Assembly (NCBI GenBank): GCA_014686905.1
Contig: GCA_014686905.1_4093.1
Origin: a phage
Strand: one strand, 5' to 3'
Length of the DNA stretch: 64,000 bases
This document shows positions 11,256-21,268 of this stretch, piece after piece (within the stretch, counting starts at the first letter, position 1; each line of letters opens with the position of its first letter). Both the position numbers and the translations under genes were made by a program. The notes below the pieces were generated by a model, which was not told where the DNA came from, ran no database searches, and was given only the letters and a program-made list of their open reading frames with translations.

Positions 11256-11507
11256 ATGAACATCGATAAGGTCAAAGAACTTAGTGCTGCACTAATTAAG
11301 AATGAAGAAGTTTGTGAAGAACTTCGCAGTACTATCAAAGTTGAGTACGCACGACTCCAAGGTATGCTTCAAGAATCAGAATGGGTAGTAACTAAATCTA
11401 TCGAAGCAATCTATAAGGATATTGAATCCCTTTTCAACAAGAAAAGTAAGATTGAATCTGATTCATATAACAAACGTAAAGAGTTATCTACTGCACTTGG
11501 TATCTAA
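11256..11507 (+). CDS. hypothetical protein (83 aa)
   Basis: ORF, SD AAGGA upstream. Confidence 0.5.
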   Translation: MNIDKVKELSAALIKNEEVCEELRSTIKVEYARLQGMLQESEWVVTKSIEAIYKDIESLFNKKSKIESDSYNKRKELSTALGI

Positions 11508-11581
11508 AAGTATTTTACATAACAAATAATATGGAGTACAATGTGCTCCTAATTTAATTATCAGCTAAAAAGGAAAACATT

Positions 11582-11842
11582 ATGAAATCTATTCTCGTTG
11601 CAGTTAACCTGGTTGCTTCCCCATCTTTCAACTTCAAACAAGTTGTTGCTGATAATCTGAAGAAGATCTGTCCAAACGCTGAATTGACTTTCTGTGTATT
11701 TGATTCAGAAAAAGTAACTAAAGTTGATCTAAACTATCTTTTGAACGAAGTACAAAGCGTTTCTGGTGAAAGTAACTTAAAAGTTCTTCATGAGATTGCA
11801 GAAGATTATGATGACACTCTAGTAATTTCGGAGAAATTCTAA
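11582..11842 (+). CDS. hypothetical protein (86 aa)
   Basis: ORF, SD AGGAAA upstream. Confidence 0.5.
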   Translation: MKSILVAVNLVASPSFNFKQVVADNLKKICPNAELTFCVFDSEKVTKVDLNYLLNEVQSVSGESNLKVLHEIAEDYDDTLVISEKF

Positions 11843-11847
11843 ATCAA

Positions 11848-12267
11848 ATGATTACATTCATTCAGTACTTAATCATTAAATTTTTTGGCTATTATACGAT
11901 TGAGGGCAAAGCTACGCTTGCACATAAAATCTTTGTAGCATTATGTACGGGTGATTATGACGTATTGAATAAGTACTGTAAATCTAAAGAATGTATTGAT
12001 ATAATGGCACTTCGTATCTATGAGTGCCGATCCAATAGATACAATTTTTACCAGTACAGATTTGATAAAGAAGAATTTGATAGCATCAAAATGCTAAAGA
12101 ATTTATGTAACAATAAAAAGAATATGCATATATCAGAATTTGTTGCTTTGTATTTTTATTTAAAAAGTTCATTGTATATGAACACGATGCAAAGATTCGA
12201 TACTAGAATTAATGTATTCACCGATAAAGAATTTTATATATACGATAAATTCTTAGATAAGGTTTAA
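11848..12267 (+). CDS. hypothetical protein (139 aa)
   Basis: ORF from track. Confidence 0.5.
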   Translation: MITFIQYLIIKFFGYYTIEGKATLAHKIFVALCTGDYDVLNKYCKSKECIDIMALRIYECRSNRYNFYQYRFDKEEFDSIKMLKNLCNNKKNMHISEFVALYFYLKSSLYMNTMQRFDTRINVFTDKEFYIYDKFLDKV

Positions 12268-12268
12268 T

Positions 12269-12766
12269 ATGACAACTGTTTATATTGATAAACGATTAAA
12301 TTTATTGATTACCGATTCTAGAGTTACGTCAACTATACCACGAAACTTATTTGGTTTTTTCCCACTAAGACCAAAATATCAATATGGAGTTGTTAATCAA
12401 AAAACTTTATATGTACATGACCGTTTATTCAGTGCTAGTGGGTCAGTAAGTGAAATTGATAAAGTACTGGATTGGTTAATTAATAAAGTACCAGTTATAC
12501 CTGACAGAAAGTTAAGTTGCCATTGTGTGCTTCTTTCTAAAGATTATGTTATTCATATGATTTTAACTAAAGGAAAGTTTATTAAAAAACTTGAATATCT
12601 ACATGAAGACTACACTTTCTTTATGGGAAGTGGTGGAGAATACATGCTAGATGCTGCTATTCATGAAGAACATACAACTTTATATGATAAAGTGTTTAGT
12701 ACTTTCATGGATGTGCATAACCATGATTGCTTCACAGATGATAATATTAATGTATATCGATTTTGA
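12269..12766 (+). CDS. hypothetical protein (165 aa)
   Basis: ORF from track. Confidence 0.55.
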   Translation: MTTVYIDKRLNLLITDSRVTSTIPRNLFGFFPLRPKYQYGVVNQKTLYVHDRLFSASGSVSEIDKVLDWLINKVPVIPDRKLSCHCVLLSKDYVIHMILTKGKFIKKLEYLHEDYTFFMGSGGEYMLDAAIHEEHTTLYDKVFSTFMDVHNHDCFTDDNINVYRF

Positions 12767-12787
12767 TTTCGTCATTAGGAGATGTAA

Positions 12788-13753
12788 GTGAAAAAGCTTG
12801 ATTTAAATACAATTGCCGAAGAAGTTCTGGATGAATGTTTTGCTAATGAAGAAGTCAACACACTAGAAGCCTTAGATTTCGTTGAAGATAAAGATGAAAA
12901 TGAAGGTAAAGTACAAAGCAGTTTCAAATATAATATTACACTTAAGCGACCACCAAATGTTTCCAATGAAGATCTAATTCGTGATATTCAAGCTGGTATC
13001 AATATAAAGAAAAACACTGAACTGTTAGTTCGTTACAATTATGGACTTATTATTGATGTAGCAAGTAAATGTACTTGTTATATCCCATTTGAAGATAAGA
13101 TTTCATATGGTGTTGAGGGGTTCATGAGAGCACTAAAAACCTTTGATCTTAATAAGAATGTTAAGTTCATTACCTATGCTTCTTCTAGTATTTACATGAC
13201 AGTTTATAACGAAAGTTCTGACGCTAACTATATGGTACACTTCCCACGTTATATGAGTGTTCATAAGATCAAAGTAAAAAGATTCTGCCAGGAATATATG
13301 CGTAAACATGGTGTTCGCCCAACTCCTGAAATAATCTCAGAGGGTACTGGGATTGAGATTCAGCATGTTAATAACTGTTTGTTATTTCAAAGCGAATACA
13401 CTTCTCTGGATGCACCATTAGACGGTGTTACCGATGGTACACTAGGTGACATTATTCATTCACCTGCTTCTGATTTTAACCTCAATGTTGATAGTATTCG
13501 TGCACCTTTACGTTATGCTATCAATGAACTGACTAACGAATTGAGTACTAAAGAACGTGAGATTATCCAGCGTGTTCATGGTCTAGGTGAATATGAACCT
13601 GAAACGCTTCGTGAGATTGCTGATAATGGTTTTGTTGATGATAATGGAAAATATGTTAAATCCCGTTCATCAATACACCGAAAGTACAGTGAAGCTATGC
13701 AAAAGCTTAAGAAGTTAGTACTTGCAAAAGGGTACGAATACGAAGATTTCTAA
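12788..13753 (+). CDS. sigma-70 family RNA polymerase sigma factor (321 aa, GTG start)
   Basis: Region 2/3-like FITYASSSIYMTV...HFPRYMSVHKIKVKRFCQEYMRKHGVRPTPEII, region 4-like LSTKEREIIQRVHGLGEYEPETLREIA...SRSSIHRKYSEAMQKLKK; SD AGGAG 6 nt upstream. Confidence 0.8.
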   Translation: MKKLDLNTIAEEVLDECFANEEVNTLEALDFVEDKDENEGKVQSSFKYNITLKRPPNVSNEDLIRDIQAGINIKKNTELLVRYNYGLIIDVASKCTCYIPFEDKISYGVEGFMRALKTFDLNKNVKFITYASSSIYMTVYNESSDANYMVHFPRYMSVHKIKVKRFCQEYMRKHGVRPTPEIISEGTGIEIQHVNNCLLFQSEYTSLDAPLDGVTDGTLGDIIHSPASDFNLNVDSIRAPLRYAINELTNELSTKEREIIQRVHGLGEYEPETLREIADNGFVDDNGKYVKSRSSIHRKYSEAMQKLKKLVLAKGYEYEDF

Positions 13754-13761
13754 AGAACAAG

Positions 13762-13787
13762 GGTTGGCTTATGCCAACCTTTTTTTA
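13762..13787 (+). terminator. rho-independent terminator
   Basis: Hairpin GGTTGGC-TTAT-GCCAACC followed by T7. Confidence 0.65.
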
Positions 13788-13789
13788 TG

Positions 13790-14404
13790 GGATGAAGTAA
13801 AAGTTTGTGATATAATTATCTTGTACAATTCTGTTGGCATGATATTCATGTACCTGATCCACTCGAAAACGTAGAGGGCAGTTGAGCAGTCCGACAGTGC
13901 GAACAGCAAAAGAAACCCGTTAGATGTGGGCATAGTTTGAACCCCTCACGGCAATGCGGCTGTATAAAGAACCACGTTAGGATAGCTGGTGGTTCCTTGA
14001 TAGACATATAAGGATAACACCTTACGAATTATCTAAGGGAGAGTTATCGAATTTTGTACAGGAAAGTTGCGTCCAAAATTTGAGTACTCACATTAAGTAT
14101 TTGATTGCATAGATACTTAATGAAGATACACTATGTTTAAAAGTGTAGACCGTCATATGAAACTGAAGTAGAGAGAAACAGGATGACCCGCTTTCGCACT
14201 CGTTATGAGTAATCTTCAATGCAATAGCTCTGATACCATCAGCGTCAAATTTCCCTCCTTGTGGGGGGGAAGAAAAATCCCTTCCTCAAATCCCGTCAAT
14301 ATTAAAAGTCCTTGACAGTTATTAATCATTCGCGTAGAATACGTAGTATTAGAAGCGAACAGACATCTCGAAGAGATGGATGATTAACCATTAAGGAATA
14401 TCCA
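13790..14404. other. ORF-free, GC-richer structured region (candidate ncRNA or regulatory region)
   Basis: No ORF of 60 aa or more on either strand; several perfect hairpins (e.g. CATTAAGTAT...ATACTTAATG, GAACCAC...GTGGTTC). Confidence 0.25.
14313..14340 (+). promoter_or_regulatory. sigma70-like promoter TTGACA-N16-TAGAAT
   Basis: Consensus -35 and near-consensus -10, ~65 nt upstream of ATG 14405. Confidence 0.4.
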
Positions 14405-14614
14405 ATGAATTCAGTAATCTTTTTAGTAGTAGCTCTTTCCATGCAAAGCGGTGTACAAATCACTCCAATGAATTCCATGAATCAATGTATTTCTGTTCGT
14501 GATAGTACCTACGAACAGGTCAATAAAAATATCTGGATGTCTATTAACAAAGAACAGATGTGGTGTTATAACAGTAATACAAAAGTTAAACTGTTTGTTG
14601 GTGAGAAAGAATAA
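14405..14614 (+). CDS. hypothetical small protein (69 aa), signal-like N-terminus
   Basis: ORF, SD AAGGAA upstream. Confidence 0.4.
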   Translation: MNSVIFLVVALSMQSGVQITPMNSMNQCISVRDSTYEQVNKNIWMSINKEQMWCYNSNTKVKLFVGEKE

Positions 14615-14691
14615 TAGTTGACATATAAGAAGTACTAGAGTATACTTTCTATATTGAGTTCTAAAATAAAACATTAATTAAGAGGTTTATC

Positions 14692-14874
14692 ATGCAAATT
14701 ATCATTCTTATTGTTGGTATTATGCTGGGTGTGTATGGTCATAGTTGGATGCAGGAGAAGTTTCCTAATACACGTCCTGACTATTGCAGTTCTAATGTAT
14801 TCCAGAATGGTGAGAAACCAAAGGAAAGCATTGGTAAAAAGCTGGATAAAGTACTTGATGTGATCAATGAATAA
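14692..14874 (+). CDS. hypothetical small membrane protein (60 aa)
   Basis: ORF, SD AGAGG upstream. Confidence 0.4.
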   Translation: MQIIILIVGIMLGVYGHSWMQEKFPNTRPDYCSSNVFQNGEKPKESIGKKLDKVLDVINE

Positions 14875-15085
14875 GGGCCATAAAATGTTTAAACCGAATT
14901 CCAATGTTGGAAAGAAAGTTCAATTACTTGAGGATGTATCCACTCTGAGTGGCATTTTCCCAAGAGGTCACATCATGACTATTATTGCCGAAACATCCCG
15001 TGGGTGGGATTTGGAAGATGCTGATGGTAATCGCATCCTTGAGGCTGGATTCTATGGTCATCGTGAATATAAAATCATTGATTAA
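14867..15085 (+). CDS. hypothetical protein (72 aa)
   Basis: ORF overlapping upstream stop. Confidence 0.45.
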   Translation: MNKGHKMFKPNSNVGKKVQLLEDVSTLSGIFPRGHIMTIIAETSRGWDLEDADGNRILEAGFYGHREYKIID

Positions 15086-15181
15086 GGATACAACATGACT
15101 TTAGAGATTGTCTTTGGTATTGTTAGCTTAGTCGTCTGTGTGGGTTGGTTTGGGTATCTGATGATTTTTGGTGATTAATAC

Positions 15182-15209
15182 TTGACATAAGATATCAGTA
15201 CTGTATAAT
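15182..15209 (+). promoter_or_regulatory. sigma70-like promoter TTGACA-N16-TATAAT with CAGTACTG in spacer
   Basis: TTGACA 15182-15187, TGTATAAT 15202-15209, followed by conserved GTTTATATCAAA. Confidence 0.55.
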
Positions 15210-15239
15210 GTTTATATCAAACGAAATCCACTTTAACAA

Positions 15240-15533
15240 ATGATAGGAAATATTATGTCTTTTTCTAAAGAAGAACGTGACCTTATTAAAAAAGCAATCT
15301 GGTTTTATGCTAATGAAGGGAAGTGCGATGAAGAAAAAGCACGTGAACTGTGTAATATCTTTGAGAAGAAACAAGATCTAAAAGTGTATCGTATCCGTGA
15401 TTTGGATGAAGGGGATCGTATTGTCCTAGCTGAAACAAAAGAAGAAGCAGAACAAATCTTCACTGATAAAAACGAAAATCCACATTGGATGGAAGAAGTC
15501 TGTGATGTTAAAAAAGGTACTTATATCGATTGA
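15240..15533 (+). CDS. hypothetical protein (97 aa)
   Basis: ORF downstream of promoter 15182. Confidence 0.55.
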   Translation: MIGNIMSFSKEERDLIKKAIWFYANEGKCDEEKARELCNIFEKKQDLKVYRIRDLDEGDRIVLAETKEEAEQIFTDKNENPHWMEEVCDVKKGTYID

Positions 15534-15558
15534 CAGTACTGAATAATAGCAGTATAAT
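15530..15558 (+). promoter_or_regulatory. sigma70-like promoter TTGACA-N17-TATAAT
   Basis: TTGACA 15530-15535, TATAAT 15553-15558, same GTTTATATCAAA downstream box; leader hairpin GCAGTGA...TCACTGC. Confidence 0.55.
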
Positions 15559-15651
15559 GTTTATATCAAAGGGAATGCAGTGAAAGGAAAGACAGCATAA
15601 TCGTACTCGTCACTGCGTTTCCACCCTTTTAAATTAATTAAGGAATTAACT

Positions 15652-15960
15652 ATGTTTCAAACTAACACTCAAGGTTTTGTAATCATCGATTTGAATCAAA
15701 ACAGCGGTTATTGGATGAAACCTACTGACGCATGTATGCAGTTTGATTTCTTAGGTTACAGAATTAGTGTAAGTACTGGTGCTTCTGTACTGAGGGGTGG
15801 TTGTATCGTTGAACATCTGGTAACTGATCCAGAAGGTCGTGAGTATGAAATCGCAGGTTCAGTACAAGATGCCATTATGTTTGTATGTCAGCGTGAAATG
15901 AATGGTTCGAACTCAAATGCACTGACTCATGCTCTTTCTCAAGAAGTGGAGGTTCGTTAA
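15652..15960 (+). CDS. hypothetical protein (102 aa)
   Basis: ORF, SD AAGGAA upstream. Confidence 0.55.
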   Translation: MFQTNTQGFVIIDLNQNSGYWMKPTDACMQFDFLGYRISVSTGASVLRGGCIVEHLVTDPEGREYEIAGSVQDAIMFVCQREMNGSNSNALTHALSQEVEVR

Positions 15961-16211
15961 TGAAATACATTGTAGCAGTACTCGTCGCATTTTTACTCAC
16001 TGCATGTGATGCTTCAACCAAAGAACGCACAAGTGATTTTGAACTCCCTACTGAATTAAAAGAAGCAGGATGTAAGATTTATCGTATGCAACAGGAAGGT
16101 GCTGGTGCAACGTTGTATACAGTTTATTGTCCTAATGCAAACACCAGTACTGGATACACTAGCGGAAAAACACGAATCAACACTTCAGTGATTAATGGAG
16201 TACAACAATGA
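15960..16211 (+). CDS. putative lipoprotein (83 aa)
   Basis: Signal peptide with lipobox LLTAC. Confidence 0.55.
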   Translation: MKYIVAVLVAFLLTACDASTKERTSDFELPTELKEAGCKIYRMQQEGAGATLYTVYCPNANTSTGYTSGKTRINTSVINGVQQ

Positions 16212-16576
16212 GCCTTGATACAACCCGTGCAACAGATTTATTCACTCGTCTGAATGATGAAGAATATCTTGCTGAAATAAAGTACAAGCTTGAAAAACTG
16301 GCTCGAAGTGCTGAAGTAATTGAAGTTAAAGGTCATTTACCAATGGATCAATTCCATACGTTCAAAGAAGATATGGTTTATTATCCAAATGAAATTTGGA
16401 TTGAGTGGGAACATTGGACTAACAAAACTCTACGCATTGAAGGTTATTGTGTGAATTATGAATCTGAACCTGGTGATGTTACAAAAACTCTCTCCATTTG
16501 GTGTACAAAAACACATGAACTCGTTGAGGTGAATTTGAATTATATGAAAGGTTTCCGTTGGGGTGATGTTCAATGA
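16208..16576 (+). CDS. hypothetical protein (122 aa)
   Basis: ORF, overlapping coupling. Confidence 0.6.
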   Translation: MSLDTTRATDLFTRLNDEEYLAEIKYKLEKLARSAEVIEVKGHLPMDQFHTFKEDMVYYPNEIWIEWEHWTNKTLRIEGYCVNYESEPGDVTKTLSIWCTKTHELVEVNLNYMKGFRWGDVQ

Positions 16577-16848
16577 TTAAAAAACTATTGACAGTTGTCT
16601 TTGTATTCTGTACAATGTTTCTTACAGCATGTAATGATGACGGCAGGTTTAGTGCAAAAGACTTAGTTCGTCAGGATTGTACATTCACAGGTAAGTCTTT
16701 TATTAACGAGTATGAAATATGCACACAATCAGGTCGTATCTGTGGTGGTTGGGAAAAACGTCAGGAGCGATTGTATGTATATGAATGCCCTGGTCATCTC
16801 AACAAAGTACTGAGCACTCACAAACTTGTTTATGATAAGGTTGAATAA
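16573..16848 (+). CDS. putative lipoprotein (91 aa)
   Basis: Signal peptide with lipobox FLTAC. Confidence 0.55.
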   Translation: MIKKLLTVVFVFCTMFLTACNDDGRFSAKDLVRQDCTFTGKSFINEYEICTQSGRICGGWEKRQERLYVYECPGHLNKVLSTHKLVYDKVE

Positions 16849-17063
16849 TGACTACCAATGAAATGATGCAGGTCATCTGGGATAAAGGTTGCGATCTTAA
16901 AATCACCAGTACTGATGTTCGTGTATTCAAAACTGAATATATGGAGTACTTGGACCTTGATACTTATAATAATATTGTATCAATTGAACACAAAGGTGCA
17001 GTACTGGAAACAATTGACGTAGTACTGAAGAAAGCTACCGACCTATTAGGAGCGGCAGTGTGA
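16848..17063 (+). CDS. hypothetical protein (71 aa)
   Basis: ORF, overlapping coupling. Confidence 0.5.
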   Translation: MTTNEMMQVIWDKGCDLKITSTDVRVFKTEYMEYLDLDTYNNIVSIEHKGAVLETIDVVLKKATDLLGAAV

Positions 17064-17216
17064 ATAACAAAGAGTGGGAAGAGTACCGTAAGAAGTGCAG
17101 GGAGTTTGATAAAGAACTAACTGGTACAGTGAATGCAGTAATGTGGGTATCTGTAATTATTGCAGTTCTTGCGTTGGGTGCTATTATTATTAATAAATTA
17201 TTCTAAGGCGAATATC

Positions 17217-17417
17217 ATGTTTACTTTATATCTCGCAGTAGTTCTCACCAATGGTGAAATCACTCGTACTATTGGTGAAGGTGTATATAAAACACCAGAC
17301 CAGTGCTACTCTGCTACTCATTGGCCTCGCGATAGTGGGGATGAAACTCGCACTGAATTCAAATGCATGAAAGTAAAAGGTGATTTTGTTAACCTTAAGG
17401 TTATCGAGGCGAAATAA
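17217..17417 (+). CDS. hypothetical small secreted protein
   Basis: Probable start MFTLYLAV within track ORF 17160..17417. Confidence 0.4.
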   Translation: MFTLYLAVVLTNGEITRTIGEGVYKTPDQCYSATHWPRDSGDETRTEFKCMKVKGDFVNLKVIEAK

Positions 17418-17932
17418 TGGATATTAATGAGTTGTTGATCTTATTGTTTAATCGTGGAAATGATGTAAGACGTTCTGAATATCAAGACAAAATTCACATT
17501 GAAACTGATAAATGTTATGGTAAAACAACTCATGAGATTTTGAAGCCAAATGGCAAACGATATGCCGATGTATGTTTTCATGAACGAAGTGATGGTAGTG
17601 AAATAATCAGTACTGAAATTGTGTTTTATGATAGATCCTCGGCAGGTTCGTATGAAATAGAACTTATATATTGTCCTGGTTCAGAAACACACAATAAACG
17701 TCAGATATTATATGATGTTTATTCACCTCCAGGTGTAGCTGAATATTTTGTTATTGATTACAGTACTGAAGAAAGTGTGTTTCAACAGAGCTTGATTCAT
17801 AACTTCCAGTTGAATGATCCAAATGTACCAAAGTTGTTCAAACTACTCGATACTATCGATGTTGATTTTGAATTTGTTATGTGCATTAGAACTTCCTTGA
17901 TCGATGAATTTATGGAACTACTTAATATATGA
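17417..17932 (+). CDS. hypothetical protein (171 aa)
   Basis: ORF, overlapping coupling. Confidence 0.6.
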   Translation: MDINELLILLFNRGNDVRRSEYQDKIHIETDKCYGKTTHEILKPNGKRYADVCFHERSDGSEIISTEIVFYDRSSAGSYEIELIYCPGSETHNKRQILYDVYSPPGVAEYFVIDYSTEESVFQQSLIHNFQLNDPNVPKLFKLLDTIDVDFEFVMCIRTSLIDEFMELLNI

Positions 17933-18150
17933 ATCGTTACTACATTGTGTATGAGCATGTATCTGAGTTTAATAATGTACGTGGTTATAAGAAAGAAGTA
18001 CAGAAGATTGATGTATTTGTTCGTGCATTAAGTCCAACACATGCACTATTTAAATTGTTTGATGAAGTAACTAAGTACAACACACCAAAAACACAACGCT
18101 ATATTGAAACAGTACATAGTGTAATACTCACTGAATATGATGGAGAATGA
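17929..18150 (+). CDS. hypothetical protein (73 aa)
   Basis: ORF from track. Confidence 0.5.
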   Translation: MNRYYIVYEHVSEFNNVRGYKKEVQKIDVFVRALSPTHALFKLFDEVTKYNTPKTQRYIETVHSVILTEYDGE

Positions 18151-18153
18151 CAA

Positions 18154-18372
18154 ATGAATTTATATCTAGTTGAAGGGTCAGTACAAGTATCCAAGCAAGA
18201 CGGAGAAGGGTATCGTTTTTCACATGTAGAATATTTTAAGTACGTAGTAAAGGCCGATGGTCAGTACGACGCAGAAATTCAGGTTGAAGAATCATTCCGT
18301 AAGAAGAATGATATTGGTAAATTTGAATACCAAGACTTACAATTCACTGTATGGCCTAGCATTAATGACTAA
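18154..18372 (+). CDS. hypothetical protein (72 aa)
   Basis: ORF from track. Confidence 0.5.
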   Translation: MNLYLVEGSVQVSKQDGEGYRFSHVEYFKYVVKADGQYDAEIQVEESFRKKNDIGKFEYQDLQFTVWPSIND

Positions 18373-18612
18373 GATGTGGTGGTGTCATGGTGTCTACAAT
18401 GTCTATGAATATGGTAGATTCAAAATGAGCAGCACCTATGCCAGACGTGTTAATGCGAACAACCAAGTTGATGCTGCTTGTGAGATCATTGAGTGGTATG
18501 CTGAGTTCAATGCACCTGACTATATGTACGAAATAGTTACAATAAATGTTGTACAAATCGATACATCTTTGATACAATAACCACATCAAAAAAATTGCAT
18601 CTGAGGATACTT

Positions 18613-19275
18613 ATGTTAGTTAATCTTAATTTCATCACTTCACCTGACTGGGCATTACGTGGAGTTTCTTTAAACTTCAAGGAAACTATGTTTGACTACA
18701 TTGGTGAGTGTACATTGGTAAATGCAACTTTTGATCCAAATCATCCGTTTTGGGCTGAAATTCATGATCCAAATGTAAACAACAATACATCTGTTATGAC
18801 TATTGTCCAGACTAAACATGCAGGTATCCTTGCAGGTTATCGACCTGCACATGCAATTGAACACTTCACTGATTACGATGTCGTGGATGAATACCCAATG
18901 ATCCATGAAGATGGAAGTCTATACACATCTGAAGACTTCCGTGCTATCTTTAATAGTACTGATGATATTCTACCAAGTGGACGTCCACGTCCTGAGTCTT
19001 ATCTTATGCATCCATCTTATGGTGTAGCAGATACGCTTGAACAGATTATGAATAAGTACAAGAACCTAATTGAAGGTCCAGAAGAAATTGTCCTGTGCTA
19101 TCACCCAGTACTGAAGTCTGAACAACCAAAGGATGGTGGATGGCGTTGGCATAAGAATGGTGAGTATATCGGTACTAAACGAAGTAAAGAACGTTTTGAG
19201 TACTTGTATGATGAGCCAGATGTTGATGTGGTTTTGTGTTATAATTTTATTAAGGTGAAAAAGAAATGTATCTAG
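18613..19275 (+). CDS. hypothetical protein (~220 aa)
   Basis: ORF; start MLVNLNF with SD GAGGA 6 nt upstream. Confidence 0.6.
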   Translation: MLVNLNFITSPDWALRGVSLNFKETMFDYIGECTLVNATFDPNHPFWAEIHDPNVNNNTSVMTIVQTKHAGILAGYRPAHAIEHFTDYDVVDEYPMIHEDGSLYTSEDFRAIFNSTDDILPSGRPRPESYLMHPSYGVADTLEQIMNKYKNLIEGPEEIVLCYHPVLKSEQPKDGGWRWHKNGEYIGTKRSKERFEYLYDEPDVDVVLCYNFIKVKKKCI

Positions 19276-19508
19276 TACTAAGTTTTGTTGTTGCACTATT
19301 GTTTATGTTCTATCCTACACTAGTGGCATTAGCCACTAGACGAACGATGGTAGATCTCACTACTGTATTCTTGCTAAACGTGGCATTAGTACTGGTTTCT
19401 ATTATCATTCCAGTGAGCTTTACAGTTATTGATATTATTTCGGTATTACTCTTCGTGTTAAGTTATCTTATGCTTATTGAAGAAACAAATGTTGACAAAC
19501 GTTCGTAG
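19266..19508 (+). CDS. hypothetical membrane protein (80 aa)
   Basis: Two hydrophobic segments. Confidence 0.5.
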   Translation: MYLVLSFVVALLFMFYPTLVALATRRTMVDLTTVFLLNVALVLVSIIIPVSFTVIDIISVLLFVLSYLMLIEETNVDKRS

Positions 19509-19566
19509 TACTGTATAATGGTTCCTGTAGTCTGAAACTTAACACTTAAACTTGAGGTAAAAAAAT

Positions 19567-19893
19567 ATGCTATCAGTACTAATTTCAATTCCGTCTTTAA
19601 TTCTGATTTGGCTTCTGGTTTACGAATGCTTCATTACTGATGATAATGATAAAAAAGAGTTCTCTGAGTTGTTTATGCTTGATTCACCGATTGTGCGTAT
19701 TTTCTATGCAGTCGTTGTGGTTTCAGTAATTGTATGGGTTTTGAGTTTTATCTTCCCACTCGGTGCAGTAGTTAAAACTTTGGATTTAGTTGAGAACTTT
19801 GTTGCAATTATGTGGCTAATCAAAGCACTATTTGCAGGAAATGTTAAAATTTGGATTGATATTATCAAATTCAAGTTCACGAATAAGATGTAA
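19567..19893 (+). CDS. hypothetical membrane protein (108 aa)
   Basis: Hydrophobic segments, SD GAGG upstream. Confidence 0.55.
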   Translation: MLSVLISIPSLILIWLLVYECFITDDNDKKEFSELFMLDSPIVRIFYAVVVVSVIVWVLSFIFPLGAVVKTLDLVENFVAIMWLIKALFAGNVKIWIDIIKFKFTNKM

Positions 19894-19971
19894 CAGTGAA
19901 AATATCTCTATAGTATTAAATACTTCTGTACATATATATAGTACAGAAGTATTTCTCGTTAGAGGTTTGTT

Positions 19972-20331
19972 ATGAAGAGTTATATAAAATTAATAGCACT
20001 TGTGTGTGCATTATTTTCATGTTTTAGTTATGGTGCAGCAGCAGAAACATATTGTCGTAGTACTAAGGGAACGTGGCATGTATTGACTAACGACCCTAGA
20101 AATGGTAAAAATATAGTTGTTGATGGTGTGATTTATCGTTTTAAAGTAGAAAGTATTATCGGTAATAAAAAAATCTCGACTTATAGAGATGATTCTGGTA
20201 CATTAGCAAACGTAATATTAATTGTAGACCCAAGAACTGGTAATGGTGATATCTATATAGTAATTTACTTGGACTCATCGGTACGCCGTGACCTAGATAT
20301 AGATAAATTGAACTTACACTGTGAAATATAG
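19972..20331 (+). CDS. secreted hypothetical protein (119 aa)
   Basis: Signal peptide ...SYGAAA/ET. Confidence 0.55.
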   Translation: MKSYIKLIALVCALFSCFSYGAAAETYCRSTKGTWHVLTNDPRNGKNIVVDGVIYRFKVESIIGNKKISTYRDDSGTLANVILIVDPRTGNGDIYIVIYLDSSVRRDLDIDKLNLHCEI

Positions 20332-20341
20332 GACTTAAAAA

Positions 20342-20719
20342 ATGGTAAACACTATTTTACTTTTGTTGTTGAATATTCCAATTATTCTGTCTTTTTTAAT
20401 TTCTATTTTTATGGCAGGATATTGTTTAGTTGCAGTAATTCATTTCATTTTAACAAACAAATATGTCCTAATTTCTAAGCTTGATTCTATTTTTGCTTGC
20501 GATTCGATTGCTTATAACTTGTGGTTAATTTGTTCTTGCATTATGGGAGTAACTTTCCTTCTGTATGTATTTGATGTCCTTGACCAAAAGTTCGTATACA
20601 TCAGTACTGGATTGGCTCTTTATCCTGCTACGTGGTACTTGATTTACGTTGGTGATATATGGTATAGTACTTATAAAGAATATCAGTACAAGAAATCACT
20701 TAACGTTGGAGGAAAATAA
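20342..20719 (+). CDS. hypothetical membrane protein (125 aa)
   Basis: Multiple TM-like segments. Confidence 0.55.
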   Translation: MVNTILLLLLNIPIILSFLISIFMAGYCLVAVIHFILTNKYVLISKLDSIFACDSIAYNLWLICSCIMGVTFLLYVFDVLDQKFVYISTGLALYPATWYLIYVGDIWYSTYKEYQYKKSLNVGGK

Positions 20720-20721
20720 TC

Positions 20722-21072
20722 ATGAAAATTATTTTATTTTTTGTATGTATGTTAATGTGTGGATTGTCATATGCTGAACCATTGGAAGGTTTAGTTTGTA
20801 CCGATGGTAATATTAAACATATCTATCAAGGTGATAGTGACGATCGAGATATTGTATATATTGATGGACAATCATATACGTTTGTTAAAGAGCATACAGT
20901 AGGCGACATTAGCTTCACTGAGTTTTCTAACGACACAGACCCTAACTTCTTAGCGTTTATTGAAGTAGATGTATATGAAGATAGTAATGGTACACAATAT
21001 GCTAAATTAGTTATGATGCGTCGTGGTGCTAAAGAAACTAGTTTTGGTGGCTTGTGTAAATATAAGGATTGA
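20722..21072 (+). CDS. secreted hypothetical protein (116 aa)
   Basis: Signal peptide ...LSYA/EP; loosely paralogous to 19972..20331. Confidence 0.55.
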   Translation: MKIILFFVCMLMCGLSYAEPLEGLVCTDGNIKHIYQGDSDDRDIVYIDGQSYTFVKEHTVGDISFTEFSNDTDPNFLAFIEVDVYEDSNGTQYAKLVMMRRGAKETSFGGLCKYKD

Positions 21073-21076
21073 TATT

Positions 21077-21268
21077 ATGTTGATTTATCAAGGTGATAAT
21101 ATTCGTGTTATGCAGCATCCCTACTTACAAATCTTTGATGTGCAGCAGTATATGGAAGGTGATGACCCAAGAACCTATGGTCGTAAGTATGATTACTTCA
21201 CTGTAAAGCAGTGTAACAATATTAACGAAGTACGACAATTAGTTCAAGAACTTCAAAACAAAGGTTGA
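21077..21268 (+). CDS. hypothetical protein (63 aa)
   Basis: Start MLIYQGDN with SD AAGGA; track ORF starts 21023. Confidence 0.45.
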   Translation: MLIYQGDNIRVMQHPYLQIFDVQQYMEGDDPRTYGRKYDYFTVKQCNNINEVRQLVQELQNKG

